Below are positions 8,320 to 17,220 of a stretch of DNA of 64,000 nucleotides, in pieces. The stretch comes from Bacteroidota bacterium (GTDB lineage Bacteria > Bacteroidota > Bacteroidia > Palsa-965): assembly GCA_006218065.1 (NCBI GenBank), contig VBWE01000002.1, forward strand, positions 85,973 through 149,972, given 5' to 3'. The notes beneath the pieces are model-generated. The model was not told the origin of the DNA. It worked only from the letters and a program-made list of their open reading frames with translations, and searched no databases. The position numbers and the translations under genes are program-made. Within the stretch, counting starts at the first letter, position 1. Every line of letters begins with the position of its first letter.

Positions 8320-9633
8320 ATGAAAAAAACACTTCTTGTACTGGCGCTTACCTGGATTGCTTCCGCGGCTTTTTGCCAGCAGCTTCAGCGCCGGGTTTAT
8401 CTCGGCATCCGGATGGAAAACCTGACGGAAGACAGTAAAAAAATAATGGGTCTCGGCGACCTGAACGGCGTACTGATCAGGGAAGTGCTGCCCCGTTCGA
8501 CGGCCGAAGCAGCAAAATTCAAAAAAGGCGACATCCTGCTTTCACTCGACGGGGCCGGTGTGAATTCCACGCAGAGCGTACTTTCCGTGCTTGCCGGGAA
8601 AAACGGCGGCCAGTCGTTCAGCTATGAAATTTACCGGGAGAAGAAAACCATCAAAGGCAAAGCGGTTTTCAAAACATTCCCGGAAGAAAAATACGCCGAC
8701 CTCGATGTGGAATACACCGACTCGAAAAGCGCGATCGGCATGCAGCGCACGATCATCACCAAACCGAAAACGGCAGGAAAGAAACCGGTTGTGGCTTTCA
8801 TCGGCGGTATCGGCTGCTACTCGCTCGACATGCCGATGGATACCGGGCGCAGCGAAGTGCAGCTCATGCTCAGGCTTTCGCGTGCGGGATTTCTTTGCGC
8901 ACGGCTCGAAAAACCCGGCATGGGCGATAATGCACGGCACTGCAAGGCCTGCAACGAAGTGAGTTTTAAAGAAGAAACAGACGGGTATATCGCCGCGGTG
9001 CAAGCGCTCAAGGCGAGAAGCGATGTGGATTCCAACGCGGTTTTTATTTTCGGTCACAGCATGGGCGGCGTATTCGCCCCGCTCATCGCGCAGCAAACGG
9101 CGCTGAAAGGCATTATCGCCTATGGCACGCTCGGTTCGAATTTTATCGAATACATCGCCAAAACCCGCCGCACGATCGGGGAAGCATACAACATGTCGCC
9201 CGAAGAAACCGACGAACTGGTCAAGGATTTTTGCGAATGCTCCGGGTATTATTTCGTAGAAAAGATGAGCACTGCCGAGGCTGCGAAGAAAAAAGCGGTT
9301 TGCGGCGAGTACATGGGAATTTTCGATCTGCGTTCGCGCGCGTACAACGATGAGCTGTATGCGCTCAATATTCCCGGCATATGGAAACCGTTCACCGGGA
9401 AAGCGCTGCTCGTCTGGGGCGAAAGCGATTATATCTCGGCGAAAGAGGATCACCAGATCATTTCCGGCGCTGTGAATTATTATCATAAAGGGAACGCGGA
9501 AATGATCTTGGTCCGCAGCGCAGATCACGCGATGAATACCGCTGCCGGCTTCGCGGAATCACAGCGCGGCGTAGGGCCGTATAATCCCGAAGTGGGTAAA
9601 ATCATTCTCGACTGGCTGAAAAAGCAGGCATAA
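8320..9633 (+). CDS. Exported PDZ-domain alpha/beta hydrolase
   Basis: Signal peptide; YLGI..GVLI..KKGDILLSLDG (PDZ); GHSMGG nucleophile elbow; ESD and ADH candidates for Asp and His. Confidence 0.88.
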   Translation: MKKTLLVLALTWIASAAFCQQLQRRVYLGIRMENLTEDSKKIMGLGDLNGVLIREVLPRSTAEAAKFKKGDILLSLDGAGVNSTQSVLSVLAGKNGGQSFSYEIYREKKTIKGKAVFKTFPEEKYADLDVEYTDSKSAIGMQRTIITKPKTAGKKPVVAFIGGIGCYSLDMPMDTGRSEVQLMLRLSRAGFLCARLEKPGMGDNARHCKACNEVSFKEETDGYIAAVQALKARSDVDSNAVFIFGHSMGGVFAPLIAQQTALKGIIAYGTLGSNFIEYIAKTRRTIGEAYNMSPEETDELVKDFCECSGYYFVEKMSTAEAAKKKAVCGEYMGIFDLRSRAYNDELYALNIPGIWKPFTGKALLVWGESDYISAKEDHQIISGAVNYYHKGNAEMILVRSADHAMNTAAGFAESQRGVGPYNPEVGKIILDWLKKQA

Positions 9634-9636
9634 AGG

Positions 9637-10983
9637 ATGACGAAAAACAAAACCGGTTTGGGTGTACTGCTGCTGCTGGCCTGGTCGCTGCTTTTTTCGG
9701 GCCGTGCGGAGAAAGAAACGTTTGCCGTTTTTGTAAAAACGTTTTCCGGCGAATACACGCAATTAAATGTCCCGGGAATAGCATACGATTACCGGGAGTA
9801 TTTCAACGCCATTCCCGGTCCCGCGCAGTTGGACGCGCAGCAGGCTTTTTTTGAAAAGAAAAAAACAGCGCTGAATAATTTTTCCCGCGCGCAGTTGAAA
9901 CCCGTCGCGCAGGTTACGTTCGATCACCTGCAATACGAGATCGGTTTCAACCTCGAACGTATCGCACTCGAAAAATCCTGGGTGGCTGCCGGCCGGAAAT
10001 TGCCGGATGACGGCTTGTTTGCGCTGGAGAACCGGAAAGCCTGGTATGCGTACTTCATCAAAAAATTTACCAGCCTGGATTATACGCCGGAAGAAATCAT
10101 GTCCTTCGGATTGCAGGAAGTGAAACGCGTGCAGGGCGAGATCAACCGCATAAGGATGGAAACGGGCTTCACCGACAGTCTTGCTTTTGTGAAACATCTC
10201 GTCGGCGAAAAATTCATCATTACGGATAAAAAGAAATTGCAGGAAATTTTCGCACGGACCGACAGTGCGATCCGCAAAAACCTGGCTGCGTTTACCGGCG
10301 ACGCCAACCCGCCTGCCGTTTTTCCCATGGAGTGGCCGGACGCCGGCGCCAATACGCCGCCCGGGATGTACACGAACCACGAAGAAAATCCGTACGGCAA
10401 AGATGTGTTCCTGTATAATTTTTTCGGCGGACATTATAACAGCCGGGCGATCGAATGGCTTTACATGCACGAAGCCATACCGGGTCACCACCTGCAATGG
10501 TCGCTGCGGAATGATGAACAGAAAGACCCACTGCAAGATCTTTTTCTGTACCCCGGTAATTTCGAAGGCTGGGCCTGCTATGTGGAATACTACGGCAAAT
10601 CGCTCGGCGTATTTCGTGATCCGTACAGTGAGCTGGGCAAGTGGGAATGGGATCTGGTGCGCTCGGCAAGACTGGTGATTGAAACCGGGATTCATTACTA
10701 CGGCTGGACCAGGGAGCAGGCGCTGGCGTACTGGAAGAAAAATATTCCGGCACAGGACGATATCGCCGAACGCGAAGTAACCCGCGTAACCAACTGGCCG
10801 GCGCAGGCCATCAGCTACAAGATCGGTGCGGATTGCCTGGCGAAGATCAAAGAAGAAACAAAAAAGAAATACGGAAACGCGTTCAGCGAAGCCCGCTTTA
10901 ACCGCGCGTATTTATCTTTCGGTATGCGCCCGCTCGACGTGGTGAAAAATAATTTTGAGAATATGTACGCCGCCGGGAAATAA
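9637..10983 (+). CDS. DUF885-family protein
   Basis: HEAIPGHHLQ, FEGWACYVE, RSARLVIETGIH, PAQAISYKIG. Confidence 0.9.
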   Translation: MTKNKTGLGVLLLLAWSLLFSGRAEKETFAVFVKTFSGEYTQLNVPGIAYDYREYFNAIPGPAQLDAQQAFFEKKKTALNNFSRAQLKPVAQVTFDHLQYEIGFNLERIALEKSWVAAGRKLPDDGLFALENRKAWYAYFIKKFTSLDYTPEEIMSFGLQEVKRVQGEINRIRMETGFTDSLAFVKHLVGEKFIITDKKKLQEIFARTDSAIRKNLAAFTGDANPPAVFPMEWPDAGANTPPGMYTNHEENPYGKDVFLYNFFGGHYNSRAIEWLYMHEAIPGHHLQWSLRNDEQKDPLQDLFLYPGNFEGWACYVEYYGKSLGVFRDPYSELGKWEWDLVRSARLVIETGIHYYGWTREQALAYWKKNIPAQDDIAEREVTRVTNWPAQAISYKIGADCLAKIKEETKKKYGNAFSEARFNRAYLSFGMRPLDVVKNNFENMYAAGK

Positions 10984-11008
10984 AAATCTGCGGACAAAAC
11001 AGGAAAAG

Positions 11009-11923
11009 ATGAATATCAGTACGATTGTATTTTTTTTCGGAGCCCTGGGCGGGATGCTGAGTTCCTGCGCGCAAACACCGGACAACAAAACAACATCGCC
11101 GGAAAAAGAAGCGTGCAAAGTATTACTCGGAAAAGACGGGACGGAATACGCTTACCCGCGCCTGTCCAAAGACAAAAAAACGATTTTGTACCAGTCGAAC
11201 GAAACCGGGAAATGGCAGTTGTCCATACTGGATATCGCTGCGGGCAGCCGCAAAGCGATTACGCGCGACACGTTCAACAATAATTTTCCCGACTGGAGCG
11301 CCGACAACCGGTTGGTGGCCTTTGTAAGCGACCGCGACGGCAACGAAGAAATTTACCTGGTTCATGCGGATGGCAGCAACCTGCAGCGGATCACCAGCGA
11401 TGCGGGGCGCGACATCCATCCGTATTTCAGCCCGGACGGAAAATATATCCTGTTCAACTCCACCCGCGGAAACGAATCGCTCGACATTTACCGGTACACG
11501 ATTGAAACCGGGAAAGTCGAACGCCTGACGCAAACGAACGACGATGAAACCTGCGCGCGTTATTCGCCGGATATGACCCGGATCGTTTACCTGAGAAACG
11601 GCCCGACGATGGACGACGTATTCGAACTCGATATGTCGAATTTCCTGGGCGAGAACATTACGAAAACGCCCACTGTGCCCGACGGCTGGCCGATGTACGG
11701 CAACAACGGGAAGTGGATCTATTATTCTTCGATGGAGTCGGGCACGTATTGCATTTACCGGGTGAAGACGGCCGGCGGTTCAAAACAGCAACTTACAACA
11801 GCGCTTTTCGGGGAAGAAGACGCGCGGGTGTATATTTCTGCCGACGGAAAGACGATGATCTACAACAAACGCAAAGGAAACGGGATCGATATACGCAGCT
11901 GCGAAATCGTTTCCCCGCGCTAA
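11009..11923 (+). CDS. TolB-like PD40 beta-propeller lipoprotein
   Basis: LSSC lipobox; repeats PDWSAD, PYFSPDGK, YSPD; FVSDRDGNEEIY. Confidence 0.88.
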   Translation: MNISTIVFFFGALGGMLSSCAQTPDNKTTSPEKEACKVLLGKDGTEYAYPRLSKDKKTILYQSNETGKWQLSILDIAAGSRKAITRDTFNNNFPDWSADNRLVAFVSDRDGNEEIYLVHADGSNLQRITSDAGRDIHPYFSPDGKYILFNSTRGNESLDIYRYTIETGKVERLTQTNDDETCARYSPDMTRIVYLRNGPTMDDVFELDMSNFLGENITKTPTVPDGWPMYGNNGKWIYYSSMESGTYCIYRVKTAGGSKQQLTTALFGEEDARVYISADGKTMIYNKRKGNGIDIRSCEIVSPR

Positions 11924-12252
11924 GGATTTTTGTCAACCACTACGGCTGTTCCGTAAGCCAGCACTTCGGTAATGCCGTTCCCGACTTCGTTCGCATCATA
12001 ACGCATGCCGACAATCCCGTTGGCACCCATCTGCGCAGCCTGATGAATCATCAGGTTGTAAGCTTCCTGCCTTGCTTTTTCACAGAGCTCGGTATAAAGC
12101 GTAATGTTGCCGCCCACCAGCGCCTGGAACCCCGCGCCGATATTGCCGAAAATGCTCCGCGAACGCACGGTTACCCCGCGCACCATGCCGAGCTGTTTTT
12201 TAATCGTATAGCCTTCGATAGTAAAAGTCGTTGAGATAAGAGCCTGGTCCAT
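11920..12252 (-). CDS. YbjQ/UPF0145-family protein
   Basis: LGMVRG..VGGNITLYT..GANGIVGMRYD..EVLAYGTAV. Confidence 0.92.
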   Translation of the reverse strand: MDQALISTTFTIEGYTIKKQLGMVRGVTVRSRSIFGNIGAGFQALVGGNITLYTELCEKARQEAYNLMIHQAAQMGANGIVGMRYDANEVGNGITEVLAYGTAVVVDKNP

Positions 12253-12341
12253 TTTTTTGGTTTTGTAGAATAATACAACAGGTGAAAACGGTTTTTGTTT
12301 TCAATAGGGAAAAATTGCTTGAAGGACGGGATCGTTGTATT

Positions 12342-12460
12342 TGTTTTCCAGATATGAGATGTGAGACAACTCCCTTTGCTTGCGGGGCGACCGTCCCTTT
12401 TACTTGTCAGGTCGGGCGCCGTCTCATATCTCAAGTCTCACATCTCATATCTGGAAAACA
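12342..12460. repeat. Palindromic intergenic element of TGAGA-containing heptamers
   Basis: Perfect 26-bp inverted repeat, 12342-12367 and 12435-12460, with extra heptamer units at 12421-12434. Confidence 0.85.
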
Positions 12461-12485
12461 GACTTTAGTTTCCAGGCACAAAAAA

Positions 12486-13457
12486 TCAATTCCCGAGCAG
12501 CACTTTTTTCGTGATCCGGGTGCTGTTGATTTCCAGCGTAACGAAATAAATGCCCGGAGAAACCACACCCAGCTGCAGGCGGTCCTGCTGTAAAACGGCG
12601 CTCACGGTACGGCCGGTGATATCCGTAACGGCGTTGAATGTAAATGCCTTTCCCTTGCTGTCAATTACCAGTTCATTGTTCGGCGCGACGTAAATATTGA
12701 CGAGCTGCGCGGCGATTTCGTTCATGCCCTGAGGCGCTTCCAGCAGTGCGATATCATCCACCGCAAAAGAAGGATCCGATCCCTGGCTATCGTTGTCGTT
12801 GGTCCAGGTGAAACCGATTTTTACGTTGCCGTTGTTGTTGGCGCTTGCCGGAAGGTTGACGGAATATTCGAACCAGGTGGCGCCCGGAAGCTGGCAGGGG
12901 CCCAGCGTTGTTTTCGCCAGCGCATCGATCATCGTCCAGGTCGCGCCGCCATCCGGAGAATACACCATAGTGGCATCGTCGCCTGTGCCTTCGCCGTTTT
13001 CATAATATACGAAGGCCGCCACGATATTCGTTTTACCGAGACAGTTGATGATGGGCGACATTACGCGCTTGTTGGTCGTGGAGCAAATGTTGAATCCGCA
13101 GAACGCACCGGTCAGGTACGTGGACCCGGTATCGGCGCCGATGCTGACAACATTGGGAATAACCACGGCCGCATTGCCGATGTGCAGCGACCGGTCGGTG
13201 GTGGTGTTCACGATACAATTGTCCGAACAATTGCCTCCGCCTGTTCCGGAAGCCGTGGCGCTTACAAACCACATGTCGGCGTGCGTATCATTCGTCCCGG
13301 TAGTGGCTTCGGTCCAGTTCCCGTTGATGCTGGCAAAAGCAGTCGGTGTTTGCCCGCGGCTGCACCCCGTTCCGAAATTCTCGGACCAGAAAGCGGATTG
13401 TGAAAACCCGGTTGCGGCAAAAAACAATGCAAAAGTTGAAACGTAGAGTTTTTTCAT
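12486..13457 (-). CDS. Secreted Cys-containing protein with T9SS sorting domain
   Basis: Signal peptide; FWSENF..FAVDDI jelly-roll-like segment; C-terminal DITGR..PGIYFV..TKKVL. Confidence 0.85.
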   Translation of the reverse strand: MKKLYVSTFALFFAATGFSQSAFWSENFGTGCSRGQTPTAFASINGNWTEATTGTNDTHADMWFVSATASGTGGGNCSDNCIVNTTTDRSLHIGNAAVVIPNVVSIGADTGSTYLTGAFCGFNICSTTNKRVMSPIINCLGKTNIVAAFVYYENGEGTGDDATMVYSPDGGATWTMIDALAKTTLGPCQLPGATWFEYSVNLPASANNNGNVKIGFTWTNDNDSQGSDPSFAVDDIALLEAPQGMNEIAAQLVNIYVAPNNELVIDSKGKAFTFNAVTDITGRTVSAVLQQDRLQLGVVSPGIYFVTLEINSTRITKKVLLGN

Positions 13458-13508
13458 GGCTATAGTTTATGGTTCGACATTCAAGTTACGTTAAATTCAT
13501 CAATTGAT

Positions 13509-13620
13509 CGATTTGAAAATTTGAAAATGAACCGATTTGAAAATTCCGTGCGCACAAACTGCCTCCCCAAAGCGCTCCTGGGCTGGCCTGTGTGAAAGGA
13601 ATCTTCAAATTTTCAAATCG
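13509..13620. repeat. Imperfect palindromic element of TTTGAAAA octamers
   Basis: CGATTTGAAAATTTGAAAAT versus ATCTTCAAATTTTCAAATCG. Confidence 0.65.
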
Positions 13621-13641
13621 GGTAATTGGAAAACAGATTGC

Positions 13642-14688
13642 CTAACTAAATTTCCAGTTGTACTTATCCAGGTCCTGGATACTGTGTATGAGCAGCCGGA
13701 TGGAATTGGCGATATCATCCTTGTCGGCCATTTCGATCACCTGGTGAATGTGACGGCAGGGAATCGAAACGGCGCCGGAGATCGATCCGCCGGGCGTAAA
13801 ACGCTGCATCGCCGCGGTATCCGTTCCGCCTGCGGGAAGAATTTCCATCTGGTACGGAATCTTGTGTTTTTCCGCGGTCTGGCGCATATAGTCCACCATC
13901 CGGTAATCGCTGATGGACGAAGCGTCCATGATTTTGATGGCGGCGCCTTTGCCGAGCTGCGTAACCATTTCATGCGCTTTTGCACCGGGCACGTCATATG
14001 CCAGCGTAACGTCGAGACCGAAACCGAAATCCGGCTGAACATCCAGTGATGAAGCCACTGCACCGCGGATACCGACTTCTTCCTGTACGGTGAAAACGGC
14101 GTAAACATCATACACCGGGTTTTTCAGCGCGCGCAGGGTTTCGATGAGAATGAAAACGGAAACGCGGTTGTCGAGCGATTTGCAGTTTACGCAGTTCCCC
14201 ATTTCAATCAGCTCGCGCTCGCGTGTAACGGTGTCGCCCACGCGGACGTATTTTTCCACTTCTTTTTTCGGCAGGCCGAGATCGATAAAATAATCGCTGA
14301 TCGGCATCATTTTCCCGCGTTCTTCCGGGCTCATGATATGAATGGGTTTGCAGCCCATCACGCCGATAAGGTCTTTCCGGCCGTGCACGATAACGCGCTG
14401 CGCCGTAAGTGTTTTCGGATCGAAGCCGCCCAGCGGGATGAAATGCAGGAATCCTTTATCGTCGACATGCGTGACGATAAAACCGATCTCGTCCATATGC
14501 GCGGCGATCATTACTTTTTTCGGCTTCTTTCCTTTTTTCAGGGCGATCACGTTGCCCATATTGTCCGTGCGGATTTCGTCGGCCAGTTTGGAAATTTCTT
14601 TTATGACCAGTTCGCGTACCCGTTGCTCGTGGCCGGGTGCGCCGGCGATTTCGCAGATTTGTTTGAGAAGTTTTACGTTGATTGACAT
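13642..14688 (-). CDS. M42-family (TET-like) aminopeptidase
   Basis: AAHMDEIG, LDNR, VQEEVG, GGTD, RHIH. Confidence 0.95.
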   Translation of the reverse strand: MSINVKLLKQICEIAGAPGHEQRVRELVIKEISKLADEIRTDNMGNVIALKKGKKPKKVMIAAHMDEIGFIVTHVDDKGFLHFIPLGGFDPKTLTAQRVIVHGRKDLIGVMGCKPIHIMSPEERGKMMPISDYFIDLGLPKKEVEKYVRVGDTVTRERELIEMGNCVNCKSLDNRVSVFILIETLRALKNPVYDVYAVFTVQEEVGIRGAVASSLDVQPDFGFGLDVTLAYDVPGAKAHEMVTQLGKGAAIKIMDASSISDYRMVDYMRQTAEKHKIPYQMEILPAGGTDTAAMQRFTPGGSISGAVSIPCRHIHQVIEMADKDDIANSIRLLIHSIQDLDKYNWKFS

Positions 14689-14710
14689 AGGAAATGGTTT
14701 GTGGTTCCTT

Positions 14711-14733
14711 AGGGTCGACCAGTGGTCGACCCT
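14711..14733. repeat. REP-like palindrome
   Basis: AGGGTCGACCA-G-TGGTCGACCCT. Confidence 0.65.
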
Positions 14734-14783
14734 TACGAAGATTGAGTTACAATTTCTTTTTACGGGTCGCTCCCGGTGAAATT

Positions 14784-16247
14784 TTAATCCACCAGCGTCA
14801 GTTTGATCATATTCGATTTTCCTTTTTCATTGAGCGGGATGCTGGCGATATTGATAATGTAATCATTCGTAGCTACATACCCGGCTCTTTTCAGGATGAA
14901 TTTGATATCGGCGATCGTATGGTCGGTGCTGATATTTTTATCGTAGTAAAATCCGCGCACGCCCCAAACCAGGTTGAGCTGGGTGAGGATGGCGTAATTC
15001 CCGGTGAACACGAATACGCTTGCTTTCGGGCGGTAGCTCGAGATGCGGAAAGCCGTGTAGCCCGAATGCGTCATGGTGATGATGGCCGTAGCATTCGTCT
15101 GTTTGGCGAGTTGTCCGCCGGCGTAACAGATCTGGTCCGAGATCTGCCGGTCGCTGGTACTCATCAGCGGGGGACGCTCCATATAATAAATGTCGCGCTC
15201 CTGTTCGATATGCGCGATGATTTTCGACATGGCGCTGATCACGCGCGCGGGATGTTTCCCCACGGACGTTTCACCGCTGAGCATCACGGCATCCGCGCCG
15301 TCCATTACGGAATTGGCTACGTCGTTCACTTCGGCGCGTGTGGGTGAAGGATTCGTGATCATGCTTTCCATCATCTGCGTGGCGATGATCACGGGCTTCG
15401 ACGCTTCGAGACATTTTTTCACGAGCATTTTCTGGATCACCGGTACACGTTCCATCGGGACTTCCACGCCCAGGTCGCCGCGCGCCACCATCAGGCCGTC
15501 GGTTTCACGGATAATGTGGTCGATGTCGTTCAGCGCTTCCGGTTTCTCGATTTTCGCGATCACGCGCGCCGTACTTTCCGGGTCGATCTGCCGGATGATG
15601 TGTTTCAGCTCGATGATATCATGACCCGAGCGGACGAACGAAAGCCCGATCCAGTCGATGCGGTGCTCGATGGCGAACGTAAGATCGCGCAGATCTTTTT
15701 CCGTCAGGCAGGGCAGCGAAACTTTGGTATTCGGCAGGTTGACGCCTTTTTTGGAAGAGAGTATGCCGCCGTGTTCCACTACGGCGACAACTTCGTCGGT
15801 GCCGTTTGTGCTCACCGTGCGCAGGATCAGTTTCCCGTCATCCACCAGGATATTTTCTCCCGGCTTTACGTCCTTCGGAAACTGCGGGTAGGTAATGTAC
15901 ACCTTCTGCGCATTGCCGGTCATTTGTTTCGTGGTGAAAATGATCTCTGCGCCGGGAACGAGTTCCACGCCGTTGTTCTCGATTTCCCCGATGCGGAGTT
16001 TGGGTCCCTGCAGGTCGGCGAGCATGGCGATGTGCGTCCCCAGTTTCCGGTTTACCTCGCGGATGTTTTTAATGACCGATTCCACCGCGGCATAATCGCC
16101 GTGCGAAAAATTGATGCGGAATACGTCGGCGCCGGCGATAACCATTTCCTCCAGCATTTCTGCCGAAGAAGAGGCGGGGCCGATAGTAGCGACAATCTTG
16201 GTGCGGTTATATGCGATGCGGTGTGCGACCGGGTTTTGTTCTTCCAT
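14784..16247 (-). CDS. pyk: Pyruvate kinase
   Basis: RTKIVATIGPAS, RINFSHG, DLQGPK, MVARGDLGVE, ATQMMESM, DAVMLSGET. Confidence 0.98.
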   Translation of the reverse strand: MEEQNPVAHRIAYNRTKIVATIGPASSSAEMLEEMVIAGADVFRINFSHGDYAAVESVIKNIREVNRKLGTHIAMLADLQGPKLRIGEIENNGVELVPGAEIIFTTKQMTGNAQKVYITYPQFPKDVKPGENILVDDGKLILRTVSTNGTDEVVAVVEHGGILSSKKGVNLPNTKVSLPCLTEKDLRDLTFAIEHRIDWIGLSFVRSGHDIIELKHIIRQIDPESTARVIAKIEKPEALNDIDHIIRETDGLMVARGDLGVEVPMERVPVIQKMLVKKCLEASKPVIIATQMMESMITNPSPTRAEVNDVANSVMDGADAVMLSGETSVGKHPARVISAMSKIIAHIEQERDIYYMERPPLMSTSDRQISDQICYAGGQLAKQTNATAIITMTHSGYTAFRISSYRPKASVFVFTGNYAILTQLNLVWGVRGFYYDKNISTDHTIADIKFILKRAGYVATNDYIINIASIPLNEKGKSNMIKLTLVD

Positions 16248-16334
16248 AATTTTAAAATGTTTTCCTCACGGGGTGTGAGCTGCACGAAGATACGGAATCG
16301 TAATCCGTTGCTGGTATACCATATATTTGTTCCA

Positions 16335-16754
16335 TCAGAATACCAGGTTTTGTTTCGATTTGAGCTCGGCCGGAACAAGTGCGAAAGCTGTTAACACGAA
16401 AGGAATATTTTTGATCGCCTGCAGCATGCGCGCTTCATCGTCTTTCCCGAAAGGGCCTTTTGCTGTGAAAAAATAATCGGCATGTTTCTGTTCCGGCACA
16501 AGCAGTCCGCTTCCGCTGCGGTTGCCCACGATAAAACAGGCCGTATCGTTTTCCGGATTTTCATGCGCGTATAAACTGAAGCTGGCCGGGGGATCTTCTT
16601 TTTTCAGGCTGATCTGCAGCGGTTCCGCACGCGCCATATCAATGGAAAGCGCCTGGTTCATCGCCCAGCAAAGCCGGTAGTCCTTCTCGTGGCAGGAAAT
16701 ACCGATGAGAATAAAATCGTAATCGTATTCTATATCGAGCCGGAATTTGCTCAA
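16335..16754 (-). CDS. IPExxxVDY-family protein
   Basis: LIGISCHEKDYRLCW and LLVPEQKHADY; usual position upstream of pyk in Bacteroidota. Confidence 0.88.
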   Translation of the reverse strand: MSKFRLDIEYDYDFILIGISCHEKDYRLCWAMNQALSIDMARAEPLQISLKKEDPPASFSLYAHENPENDTACFIVGNRSGSGLLVPEQKHADYFFTAKGPFGKDDEARMLQAIKNIPFVLTAFALVPAELKSKQNLVF

Positions 16755-17220
16755 GGGATGTTTTTTTGATCGATGTAAAGTTAAAAGAATGCCGTATTGA
16801 TGCAGCTACCGCTTATGTAAATTAAAAACGACCCACGTGTTACCGCAAATCAGTTGCCGGGGAACGTTTTCGACCAGAAAACCAACAATCCCGGTTGCCC
16901 GGAATATACTCCCGCACGAAGCAGGATATACGCCGGTAAAAACGCCGGATAAATTAACAGTGCAGGAGGAAATACAAAAGCTGCACCGGGACAGATGTTT
17001 TCACGAAATAAAAACAGGCGATAAAAAACGAATCTCCTGCCGCAGTCAACTTCCCCGAACAGGAATTTCGTTCAATTCCGGGAGGTGTAATAAGTTGATA
17101 TATCAACATATTTTTGACCCGGAAAATCTTTCGGCAGGCATTGTAAACCACTGAACAATGTATTGTACCGCTTGAACAAAATCCCTTTCTCCCCGGGAAA
17201 AGACGGCGCATTTTTGTAAC

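Noticed and set aside
16760..17220. ncRNA or small gene in the 460-bp divergent intergenic region
   Set aside because: No convincing long helices, known motif or protein-like ORF; probably promoters only.
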